Source of the DNA: Scyliorhinus canicula
Taxonomy: Eukaryota
Assembly: GCF_902713615.1 (NCBI RefSeq)
Contig: NW_024055431.1
Coordinates: 1 to 64,000, forward strand
Direction: 5' to 3'
DNA: 64,000 bases
The position numbers and the translations under genes are program-made. This document shows positions 36,050-48,128 of the stretch, one piece after another. Position 1 is the stretch's first letter. The number at the start of each line of letters is the position of its first letter. The notes under the pieces were generated by a model. It worked only from the letters and a program-made list of their open reading frames with translations. It did not search any database and was not told the DNA's origin.

Positions 36050-36259
36050 ATAAATTTAGAGCACACAGTTAATTTTTTCCAATTAAGGGCCAATTTAGCG
36101 TGGCCAATCCGCCTATCCAACACATATGTGGTGGTGAATCACACGCAGACACGGGGAGAATGTGCAAACTACACACGGGCAGTGACCCAGGGTGGGGATC
36201 GAACTCGGGTCCTTAGCGCCGTGGGCAGCAGTGCTAACCACTGCACCACCGTGCCGCCC
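36050..36259 (-). mobile_element. tRNA-derived SINE
   Basis: Same subfamily as 22321-22546. Confidence 0.8.
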
Positions 36260-39103
36260 GAGCTTATGGCGACTTATGACTAAATAATCAAATTGGGACA
36301 CAAAGACTAAAAGCCAAAACCTCATCGCAGGCAGAATTAGTGCCACAAATGTTAAAGATAATTGTTGTTTTTTTGAACAAATGCTATTCACTGTTATTTT
36401 GTCCAAAGTAGTGGATTGTAAACAACAATCTGTTAAAGATTCGTGGGAATTATCTGCACACACCCAGGTACTGTCAGAAGACAGGAATAGCACAAGAGCA
36501 AAGCTGTACAATGATTGCATTTTATTCGGCCTCAATGAAGGACAGGGGTAGATACAGAAAAGGTTCTGGGAAAATGATTATTAATGGGCCATCCAACTGG
36601 CCCATTGTCTCTCATCCTTCAAATCTTAATACCTTAATATTTATCGATTATTTTCCAAAGATGCTATTAAATCTGATTCCATCATACTTTCCAGACCTGT
36701 GTTCAAGTTTATAACAACTCTCTGTGTAAAAAGAATCCGCCTGTTCAATACAGTAAATCTGTGTCCTCTGGTTAAATACACTCCAGCCAGTTGCAATAGT
36801 TTCTCTCTAATTATTCGATTCAAACCTTCATGATTTTCTTTCGCAGTTTTATTAAATAGACACACATAAAGATGGAGAAAGATACAGAGAGAGAGAGAGA
36901 GTGAAACTGACCGAAGAAATGAGAAAGAGAGAAGCGGGGTTGAGAGATAAAGGCTGAGAAACAGTAAAAACAAATTACACACAGAGAGGGAGAATGATAA
37001 AATAGTGAAAGGGAGCAATATATCTTTTCCTGGCTTCAGAGAACCGGGGAAACTCAGTGACTGATCCACTAACCATCCAATTATGCCCTGGAATGGAAGC
37101 TTTGAACAGATCACAACCGGCTCATTTGTAAATGTCACCACAGTGTGATCTGTGTGGCTCTGCCCTGACTCTGTGGACAGATATAGGCCGCACTGACAGA
37201 TGTTCTCAGCAGATTGTGGTCCCTGGATTTATTTTCTGCCCAGAAGTGAGATGTGCGGTTTGAAACCGGCAGCAGAGAAACAGGAAGTTGTGTTAACTGA
37301 GAATTAAACAGCAGGCGTCAGTTTCATGTTATCACCGTGAACAGTCTTCCTGCCTGTGAGGGTGAACTCACTCTGATAGCATCAAGAATACCCACACAGA
37401 TTGCTGCCGGCCTTAGCATGTCATTCATCCCCATTCCTTTAAAAAAGTTGGATTATTTGTTTAGAAACACAGTAACCGATCGGGAGATGCACAGATGATC
37501 TTCACTGGTCATAATACCAATAATCTGGAGAGAAGGAGGGAAATTAAAACAACAATCTGTTAACACAGGTTATACTAAAGTAGAAAGTTTGAAGTCACTT
37601 GATGTCTGAGAGCGAGAGAGCGATAGCTAGACAGAAAGAGAGTGTGTGAGAGAAAGGGGGGGGGGTGCGCGGGGGGGGGGGGGGGATAGAGAGAGAGGGG
37701 GAGAGAGTGAGAGGAGGGGGGAGAGAAAGGAGGTTAAGTGAATGAGCTAGTGCCTTTCTGGTACAGAATTTTCCTCTGATGAAGTTTTAGTGCTTCATTT
37801 TTTTAGACATGAAGTGCCTTCTACAAAAAAGATTTAAACACTAGGTGCCTGACCCGGCTGCTGTGTGCCTGTGTAAGTGAGTTAAGAGTGAGAGACAAAA
37901 GCGAGATCAACTGATTTAGGTGCAGCCTGAGACAGAGAAAGCGAGGTGAACCGATATGTAAGTAATTTGAAAGATATATTTGCCTTTTCAATGGAATGAA
38001 CAGCTTGACATTACTGTATAGATCACTCAAGACCAGTAAATACTGAGTGCAGCATAGGATCTGGAAGGTAATCTCAATAAAATGTCGTCATATGCTGAAA
38101 AATAATTGCAATTATTGGCAACGCCATTTGGAAACAATGAATAATGATGTTGTGTTCCAGACTAACCGGCCCTTATGGACATACAGGCACACACATAGAC
38201 ACACATATCCACACACAGACACATACACACACATACATACACACACAATTTCAGACTCTGTCTCTCACAATCAGTGGCCACACCAAAAGGAAACAGAAAT
38301 CCACTCAGCAAAAAGTGTGAAAGACAATTCGGACCATGAAAGGAAACAGTAGGTAGTTGCCACAGATTTACACAAATCTGAATTATCATACATACCACAA
38401 TGGAGTTTATGACTGTGTTGTGCATGTGAAATTCAATATGGCTCCTGTATTTCTGTTCCTCAGCCTGGTGATGAAGTGAATGGCACAAGATTCACTCCGA
38501 TCTTTCAGCAAAATATTACACATCCATTACCAGACCAATCACACAACACCAAATAGTTATTCATTATGCTTTTGTAAGTGAAATAAGTCTGAGAGAGGAC
38601 AGAGAGATTAATCAATATACGTGTAGTCTGTAACAGTGATGAGAACAGATCGGCAGTAGTTTTAAAGATGTATTTGCCTTTGCAACGAACGTCCATCACA
38701 GCTAATAGTTATTAACACAACAAAATGTATTCTTCCAAAGTGAGTGTCACAAGTCATTGGCGCAGTGGTATTTTCGCTGGACTAGTAATCCAGAGACCCA
38801 GAGTCAAGCTCTGGGGGCCCGGGCTCCCACCACGGCATGTGGTGAAATTTCAATCAAGAAAGATCTGGAATTAAAAGTCTAATGATGACCATGAAACCCT
38901 TGTTCTGTGTAATCAAAACCCATCTGGTTCACTGATGTCCTTCAGGGAAGGACACCTGTCGCCCTTAACTAGTCTGGTCTACATATGACTCCAGATGACT
39001 CGACAGCAATGTGGTTGACTCTTAAATGCCCTCAGGGATGTGTAAGAACTGCAGGATCAGCCAGCGACACCACATCCCATGAATGAATAAAAAGTATTTA
39101 GTA

Positions 39104-39709
39104 NNNNNNNNNNNNNNNNNNNNNNNNNNNNNNNNNNNNNNNNNNNNNNNNNNNNNNNNNNNNNNNNNNNNNNNNNNNNNNNNNNNNNNNNNNNNNNNNN
39201 NNNNNNNNNNNNNNNNNNNNNNNNNNNNNNNNNNNNNNNNNNNNNNNNNNNNNNNNNNNNNNNNNNNNNNNNNNNNNNNNNNNNNNNNNNNNNNNNNNNN
39301 NNNNNNNNNNNNNNNNNNNNNNNNNNNNNNNNNNNNNNNNNNNNNNNNNNNNNNNNNNNNNNNNNNNNNNNNNNNNNNNNNNNNNNNNNNNNNNNNNNNN
39401 NNNNNNNNNNNNNNNNNNNNNNNNNNNNNNNNNNNNNNNNNNNNNNNNNNNNNNNNNNNNNNNNNNNNNNNNNNNNNNNNNNNNNNNNNNNNNNNNNNNN
39501 NNNNNNNNNNNNNNNNNNNNNNNNNNNNNNNNNNNNNNNNNNNNNNNNNNNNNNNNNNNNNNNNNNNNNNNNNNNNNNNNNNNNNNNNNNNNNNNNNNNN
39601 NNNNNNNNNNNNNNNNNNNNNNNNNNNNNNNNNNNNNNNNNNNNNNNNNNNNNNNNNNNNNNNNNNNNNNNNNNNNNNNNNNNNNNNNNNNNNNNNNNNN
39701 NNNNNNNNN
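39104..39709. other. Assembly gap (606 N)
   Basis: Run of N. Confidence 1.
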
Positions 39710-40320
39710 TTTGATTCATTTACGGGACATGGGGCCATTGATTGGGTCAGCAATAATGGCCCATTCCTAGTTGCCATTCAGAAGGTGGCGGTGAGCTGCC
39801 TTCTTGAATCGCTGAAGTCTCTGATATGCAGTTACACCCATACTCGTATTAGCGAGAGAACTCCAGTATTTTCACCCAACCACAGTGAAGGAACTGTGAT
39901 ATATTTGCAAGTCAAGATGGTAAGAGGCTTGGAGAGGAACCTCCAGATGGCATTAATCCAAAGTATCTGCTGCTCTTGGCCTTGTTGGTAATTGTTGCCA
40001 TTGGTCTGGTAGGTGCTGAATATGAAACCTTGATTAGTTCCAACAGTAAGTCTTGTGGATGGCAACAATCAAGCGACTGATATTTCCTGGATGGTGTAAA
40101 GCTTCTTGAGGTTTGTTGAAGCTGCACTCCAGACAAGTGGAGAGTATTCCATTCCACTTCTGACTTTTCTCTTGCAAATGATGGCCAGGCTTTGGACAAT
40201 CGGGATGTGAGTTACTCGCTGTAGGATTCCTAGCCTTTGAACTGCTCTGGCAGCCACAGCATTCGTCTGGCTTGTCCAGTTCAGTTTCCGGTCAATGACA
40301 ACCCCCAGGATGTTGATTGT
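39710..40320 (-). mobile_element. L2/CR1-clade LINE 3' fragment
   Basis: Minus-strand peptide KVRSGMEYSPLVWSAAS, similar to the LINE near 31950. Confidence 0.7.
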
Positions 40321-40439
40321 GCGGTAATCAATGGAAATAAATCTGTTGTATTATTGTGTGGGGTAGGAACGTTTGTTATACAAAGTGAGACACAGATGAC
40401 TTCAGCCGTGAATGAAACAGTAATAAAATAATATCAGAG

Positions 40440-42130
40440 AGTGGACGCCACATAGTATAAAAGGAAGGACGGCAGGAAGAGGGAAATCGACCGTGGATAT
40501 CTAAGGAAATAAGGGAGAGTATCAAATTGAAGGAAAAGGCATAGAAAGTGGCAAAGATTAGTGGGAGACTAGAGGACTGGGAAATCTTTCGGGGGCAACG
40601 GAATGCTACTAAAAAAGCTATAAAGAAGAGTAAGATAGATTATGAGAGTAAACTTGCTCAGACTATGGAAACAGACAGTAAAAGTGTCTTCAAATATATA
40701 AAATAAAAAAGAGTGGCTAAGGTAAATATTGGTCCTTTAGAGGATGAGAAGGGAGTTTTAATAATGGGAGATGGGGAAATGGCTGAGGAACTGAACAGGT
40801 TTTTTGGGTCGGTCTTCACAGTGGAAGACACAAATAACATGCCAGTGACTGATGGAAATGAGGCTATGGCAGGTGAGGACATGGAGATGATTGTTATCAC
40901 TAAGGAAGTAGTGATGGCAAGCTAATGGAGCTAAAGGTAGACAAGTCTCCTGGCCCTGATGGAATGCATCCCAGAGTGCTAAAATAGATGGCTAGGGAAA
41001 TTGCAAATGCACTAGTGATAATTTACCAAAATTGACGAGACTCTGGGGTGGCCCCGGCGGATTGGAAATCAGCAAACGTGACAGCACTGTTTAAAAATGT
41101 AGGTAGGCAGGGAGCGGGTAATTATAGGCCAGTTAGCTTAACTTCGGTCGTAGGGAAGATGCTGGAATCTATCATCAAGGAAGAAATAGCGAGGCATCTG
41201 GATAGAAATTGTCCCATTGGGCAGACGCAGCATGGGTTCATAAAGGGAAAGTTGTTCCTAACTAATATAGTGGAATTTTTTGAGGGCATTACCAGTGCGG
41301 TAGATAACGGGGAGCCAATGGATGTGGTATATCTGGATTTGCAGAAAGCCTTTGACAAAGTGCCACACAAAAGAGATCTGCATCAGATAAAGTTGCATGG
41401 CATTAAGGGTAAAGTAGTAGCAAGGATAGAAGATTGGTTAATTAATAGAAAGCAAAGAATGGGGATTAATGGGTGTTTCTCTGGTTGGCAATCAGTAGCT
41501 AGTGGTGTCCCTCAGGGTTCAGTATTGGGCCCACAATTGTTCACAATTTACATAGATGATTTGGAGTTGGGGGACCAAAGTTAATGTGTCCAAGGTTGCA
41601 GACGACACTAAGATGAGCGGTAAAGCAAAAGGTGCAGAGGATACCGGAAGTCTGCAGAGGGATTTGGATAGGTTAAGTGAATGGGCTAGGGTCTGGTAGA
41701 TGGAATACAATGTTGACAAATGTGAGGTTACCCATTTTGGTAGGAATAATATCAAAATGGATTATTATTTAAACAATAAAATATTAAAACATGCCGCTGT
41801 GCAGAGAGACCTGGGTGTGCTCGTGCATGAGTCGCAAAAAGTTGGTTTACAGGTGCAACAGGTGATTAAGAAGGCAAATGAAATTTTGTCCTTCATTGCT
41901 AGAGGGATGGAGTTTAAGACTAGGGAGTTTATGCTTCAATTGTATACGGTGTTAGTGAGGCCACACCTGAAGTATTGTGGTCTCCTTACCTGAGAAAGGA
42001 CGTATTGGCGCTGGAGGGTGTGCAGAGGAGATTTACTAGGTTAATCCCAGAGTTGAAGGGGTTGAATTATGAGGAGAGGTTGAGTAGACTGGGACTGTAC
42101 TCGTTGGAATTTAGAAGGATGCGGGGGATC
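40440..42130 (+). mobile_element. CR1-type LINE ORF2 fragment (frameshifted)
   Basis: [71 protein letters not shown] and MEYNVDKCEVTHFG motifs. Confidence 0.93.
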
Positions 42131-42159
42131 TGATACAAAGTTTGATTAAACTTAAACGA

Positions 42160-45100
42160 GGAAGGGTGTAAAGCAGTGATTATTGATGCAGGATCTAGTA
42201 TATTATAAACTGAGGCAGGGTCCATTGCAGTCATTCCTGGTCAGGGTCTGGATTAATATATGTGAGAAGAGTTATTCGGCCAGATGATTAAAAACATGGT
42301 CGACGAGGCAGGTTATAGGATGATTTTAATAAGGAAATTGAGGTAAAGAGGAGTAGGGAATGAATACCAGCGCTTAGGGCCGAGACGCAGGAAGACATCG
42401 CAAAGTGAACCAAATAATTCTGAAGATAACAATAGGTCTTCATCAATTGGAGTTGCAAAAATTAAGAAAAATGTTTCATATGCACACCTGTACGAACGGC
42501 TAATACGCTTTTGCAGCAATTTTAATTTTTCTACTTAACCAGATGAGTGTTGTATGATTGAGTGGACATTACTCCTATGGGTGCCCACCATTACCATCGT
42601 GGCGATACTGTGAGAACACGGTTCTGTCTAAGTCTGCCAGTGCATCAGGTGATTGGTTAATAGAAATCGAGGCAGGAAAATAATCATCATCGTGAAAAAA
42701 ACGTTCCAATCGATAGAGTGTAACACAAGAGTAAATTCATCATTTTGAACAAAACAGAGATTTCCACTAAATTTTGGTAATTGCAGTGCACCGGTGTTCA
42801 TACGTAGGCCTGTCCCTCAAGACCAGCTCATTCCTGGGATATTGGGTAAAATGTTCAACTCAATATTGCCCACATAATAGCAGAGCAAATACACATGCAA
42901 TCTACTTAGAGATATTAACACGAATTAACATAATCTCAAAATCAACGATGATTGCACTTGGAGATACAAGCAAACATATTCAGTCATTTATAATATCGAG
43001 AGGCAACAGGAACATGGTCCGGTGTAATATAAACAGAGACAGGCCCTGGTGTGATGTAAAGATACAAATTCCTGTGGAATATAAAAGAGGCGGTACTTAA
43101 TGTAATATAATCCTATGCATGTTATAGCGTATTATTAATTGATGTAGCACAAACAGAACAGTGTAGTATAGACAGGGGCAGGGGTTACTTTAATAGAAAT
43201 AAAGACAGGGTCTCATTCAACATGAGAAGAAACCGATTTCATGTAATACAGTGCATAGAAAATAGAGCAGGAGTAGATAATTCTGCCCGTCGAGCCTGCT
43301 CCGCTATTCATTCTGATCATGGCTGATCATCCACCTCAGTATCCTGTTCCCACTTTCCCCGATATCATTTGATCCCTTCAGAGTTTTTATCCCCAAGAGC
43401 TTTATCTAACTCCCTCTAGAAAACATACAATACTTTGGACTTAACTTCGTTCTGTGGTAGAGAATTCCACAGGTTCACGACTCCCAGGGTGAAAATATTG
43501 CTCCTCATCTCAGTCCTAAATGCTTTATCCCGTATCCTTAGACTGTGACACCTCGTTCTAGCTTCCCCTACCATCGGAACATCCTTCTGCATCCGCCCTG
43601 TCTAGTCCTGTTACAATTTGATAGGTTTATAATCAGAGGGGGAAATTAATATTTCATAAATTAGCACGAACAGACTCAAAAACATTTTCTTCCCCACTGT
43701 CACCAGACTCCTAAATGGCCCTCTTTTGGACTGACCTCATTAACACTACACCCCTGTATGCTTCATCCGATGCCAGTGCTTATGTAGTTACATTGTATAT
43801 ATGTGTTGCCCTATTATGTATTTTCTTTTATTCCCCTTTCTTCTCATGTACTGAATGATCTGTTGAGCTGCTTGCAGAAAAATACTTTTCACTGTACCTC
43901 GGTACACGTGACAATAAATAAATCCAATCCAATCCAATAGTGTCTTCTGGTTTCTGACTCTCCTGCCAGTGAATGACGTTTATTCCTAATTAATCAAACA
44001 AAACCCTTCGGAATTTTGAACATTGTTTCCACGCCTGCCCATAACCTGCTTAGTTTTCAGGAAAACAATCCCAGCTTCTAACCGCTCTGACCGTGCAGCT
44101 AATGCAGTGGGAAGGCCCAGTTGTATATATGTTTCTACCTTCCTTGTGTTCAGATGCTGTTTTTGGAATTACTGACATTTTATATGGAGTCAGTGGAATT
44201 CCCATTCACCATTGCCATCGTGTCAGAATAAGGCACAAGACTAATAAAAGACCAGCCTCTGAAAATTAAATTGACCCATGTAAGGCTGGACCCAGAATTA
44301 CAAATTTAGATACACTGAGCAATGTCTCAGAATGTAATGTAAAAATGCAAACCATGATAGGTTAACAGCCTTGCTTCAGTAGAATCAATATCACCTCCCA
44401 CAACAGATTCCTGAGCCCATGATCCAGACTGTGATCCAATGTAGGACTATTTTATGTTCAGTTGCTACATCTTTTGGATGTGATGATATCACAATCTTAC
44501 GGGTGTTTCGCAATATTATTACTAGACTGGTAATCTGGAGGCCTGAGCTATTACTCCAGAGGTAGGAGTACAAATTCCACCAGGGCATATTGTAACGATG
44601 TGAGCAGTTTTGATCTTACCTAAGGATAGAGATTTTGAAAGCAATCCAGAGAAGGTTCATTAGGCTAATCTCGGGTATGGATGGATTTTCATAGGTAGCT
44701 GGAATTTCACAGCACAGAAAGATGTCCTTTGGCCCATCGTTACTACTCCTGTCATCAAATAGAGAAGACTCCGGCCTGAGATGGTCTTGAACCACAGACC
44801 TTTCGGTTTACAGCCAAACACGTTGACCAATTGCACCAAAGCGACTGATATGAGGAGAGGTTAAGTAGGTAAGGCCTACACGCATTGGAGTTTAGAAGAA
44901 TGAGAGGCGAAATTACTGAGATATATAACACTCCCAGGGAGCTCGATTGTGTAGATGCTGGAGGTTGTTTCTGCTTGCGGAGAGTCTGGGATCATAGGGC
45001 ACAATCCCATAGTAAGGTGTCACTCGTTCCAGACGAGGATGAGGAGGAATTTCTTCTCCCAGATGGGAGTGATTCTATGGAATGATTTGCTGCAGAGAAT

Positions 45101-46930
45101 TGGAGAGGCTGGGTCAATAAATATGTGCAAGGCTGAGACAGAAAGATTTTTCATCAGTAAGGGAATCAAGGATTGTGGGGAAAAGGCGAAAAAGTGGAGT
45201 TGAGGAGTTAATCAGATCTGCCACGATCTCATTGAATGGCAGATTATATTCCATGGACCGAATGGCCAAATTCTGCTCCTACATCTTATGGTTTTATGGC
45301 AGCTTGAGGACTTACAATTAAATGAACTAATAAGTCAGAAATAAAAATCGTTGTGTCATTCATAATACTCATGAAGTTTTCGTATTTCCCAAAGCTCAGC
45401 AGGTTCACCAACATCCTTCAGGAGAAGAAATCTTCCCTCCTTACTCTGGCCTATATGTGACGAGTTCAACAGTGATGTGGTTGACTCATAACTACCTCTG
45501 GTATTGCTGAACAAACAAGTTAGTTCAAGGGAAGCTGCTGCAGAAAGTCAAATGTGAACTAAATTGTCCTGATTTTGCCAGTGAGGGTCAGATGCCGATA
45601 ATGAATTTTTAAAAACTGCAAAGTGCTGCAGATTCCGGATATCTGAAACACAAACAAAAAGAGGCTGCTCAGCAGATCAGTGAGCATCAGCAGAGAGAGA
45701 AACAGATTCACATTTCAGGTGGACTACCTCATTGACATAATTCAAAACAGTAGAGCTGATTTTCCCAGTGTCCTCGACCAATGTCCGTTCTTCATCTAAA
45801 ATCACAGATTAGTTGGTAATTTATCACATCTCAGTTTGTTGGAGCTTGCTGTTCGCAAATTCTCTGCTCTGTTTCCAACACTACAGCAGTGACTAAATTC
45901 AGCAAAAATATATCAGTGAGTTTTAAGGGCTTTGGGATGACCTGAGGTCGGGTAAAGCGTTTTACAAAAACAAGCTTTTTCCAAATGTTAACATTTTAAA
46001 ACGTAAGTTTAATATGTTGAAATATCTGAGATTGATGTGACTGTAGGTCACTCCTCTGCCTGATGTTTGAATTCATCTACTTTAAATCGGTTAATATTTC
46101 AATCAAATTAACATTCAGTGGAATAACAGCCTGGTTAAAGATGCTTTATTAATTGAGGCATCAGAACTTTCAGAAAGAATACTTAATTTAAACGTATTTT
46201 TTATTTCAACTAAGTAACAGCTGTTCTAATGGAAGTTTCTATACATTTTATTATACTGTCAATATGCTTAAAATAAACTGCTATTTTGAGTTGAAACTAA
46301 TCAATGCGTGAATGTGTTTATCTCGTTTTGCTGACATGAACACTTCATTGTGACCAGTGAGGTGTTTATGTAAATAAACACAGAAATAGAAGTCCCAGAT
46401 TAGATTGTGGACTGACATAAACACAACATCTATATCCCCACCGACACAGCACAGAAATAGAGATAAAGATGTAAATAGAACAACGGATTCCAGTAGTGAT
46501 TGTTTTTGGACATTTGTCTCTTCATCAGTTATATGAGAAAAATGCCACGATGATATCCATGTTCAGAATTAGCAAAGATTCCCTCCAATCTCGAAATATA
46601 ATGACAAGCAAAATGTGTTCGTAGAGTTTTCCTGAATCTGATATATGTACCTTTCTCCTAACTGGTTCTGTCTCATGTCTCTCCACGATGGGTCATTGTC
46701 TTTATTCGACAACTTGAAGTCAACATGCTCCCAATATATTCTCTCAGCCTAAACTCACCCCATTGGTTTCCAACTAAATGTATCGAATCTAATGAATTGG
46801 AGTACATAGAGGGGGTTTTACTCTAAAATGTGGTTGGAGCATTCAATTACCTTGTAGTGTTTAATGAGAACTGTAGAGAAACATTTACTCTGTATCTAAC
46901 CTGAGCTGCACAGAGCAGTGAGGATTTGAT
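42160..46930. repeat. Second tandem duplication, unit 1 (no V genes recognised)
   Basis: Colinear with ~47680-53050, e.g. GATGATTAAAAAC(A/T)TGGTCGACGAGGCAGG near 42284 and 48149; roughly 80% identical by eye. Confidence 0.85.
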
Positions 46931-47782
46931 GTGGCAGTGCCAAAGGATCGTTCCCTATATCGTACCGGGCTGACAGAGATAGATAATTTCTTGATTAATA
47001 AGGGGATCAGGGGTTATGGTGCGAAGGCAGGAGATAGGCTATTAGAAACATAACAGTCATGATTGAATGCGGAGCACACTCGATTGGCCGAATGGTCTAA
47101 TTCTGCACCTGTGTCATATGGTTTTATGGTATAAAGCCCATCTATTGACGATCTTACAATAGATAGGTACCTGATTGCCATCGCAGATATGGTGGGTGAA
47201 GGGCATCTTCCTGTATTGTAAACCTCTAACTTTTCATGACTCTATGACAAGGTCTAAAATTATTATCACTCATACAGTGTGGCGATTAACATAAACTAAT
47301 CTAATATTTGTTTTTCCACAAGGTAGCTGACATTAGCACTGCAATGAAGTCACTGTAAAAAGTTCCTAGTCGCCATATTCCGGTGCCTGTTCGGGTACAC
47401 AGAGGGAGAATTCAGAATGTCCAAATTACCTAACAGCACATCTTTCGGGACTTGTGGGAGGAAACCGGAGCACCTGATGGAAACACACACAGACACGGTG
47501 AGAACGTGCAGACTGCTCACAGACTGGGACTCTGGCGCTGTGAAGCAACAGTGCTGCTGAGATTGGATCTATTGAAGTGATTACTGATGCAGGGTCTAGA
47601 CTAACATAAACCGAGACAGGCTCTCGTGCAGGAATTAATGATACAAAGGTTGATTACCCTTATATGATATAGGTTATAGAGCAGTGATTATTGATTCAGG
47701 GTCTGGAATATTATAAACTGGGGTAGGGTCTATTTTAGTCATTCCCGCTGTAGGATCTGGATTAATATATGTTCAGATATAT

Positions 47783-48128
47783 AGGCAACACGGTAGCATT
47801 GTGGATAGCACAATCCCTTCACAGCCCCAGGGTCCCAGGTTCGATTCCGGTTTGAGTCACTGTCTGTGTGGAGTCTGCACATCCTCCCCGTGTGTGCGTG
47901 GGTTTCCTCCGGGTACTCCGGTTTCCTCCCACAGTCCAAAGATGTGCAGGTTAGGTGGATTGGCCATGATAAATTGCCCTTAGTGTCCAAAATTGCCCTT
48001 GGTGTTGGGTGGGGTTACTGGGATATGGGGATAGGGTGGAGGTGTTGACCTTGGGTAGGATGCTCTTTCCAAGAGCCGGTGCAGAGTCAATGGGCCGAAT
48101 GGCCTCTTTCTGCACTGTAAACTCTATG
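47783..48128 (+). mobile_element. Full-length tRNA-derived SINE
   Basis: GGCAACACGGTAGC head, GGTTCGATTCC B box and LINE-derived tail. Confidence 0.88.

Noticed and set aside
35781-36050. Possible V leader (MILRALACASVS, GTGAGT donor) and acceptor at 36013
   Set aside because: The donor is phase 2 rather than phase 1, and no V framework or RSS follows the SINE.
37139-37177. CACAGTG heptamer as an RSS
   Set aside because: No nonamer-like sequence at 12- or 23-bp spacing.
38370-38500. Minus-strand V-like ending followed by CACAGTC
   Set aside because: No YYC, no WYxQ upstream and no nonamer.
39022-39991. Long ORFs of 220-302 aa
   Set aside because: Artefacts of translating the N gap.
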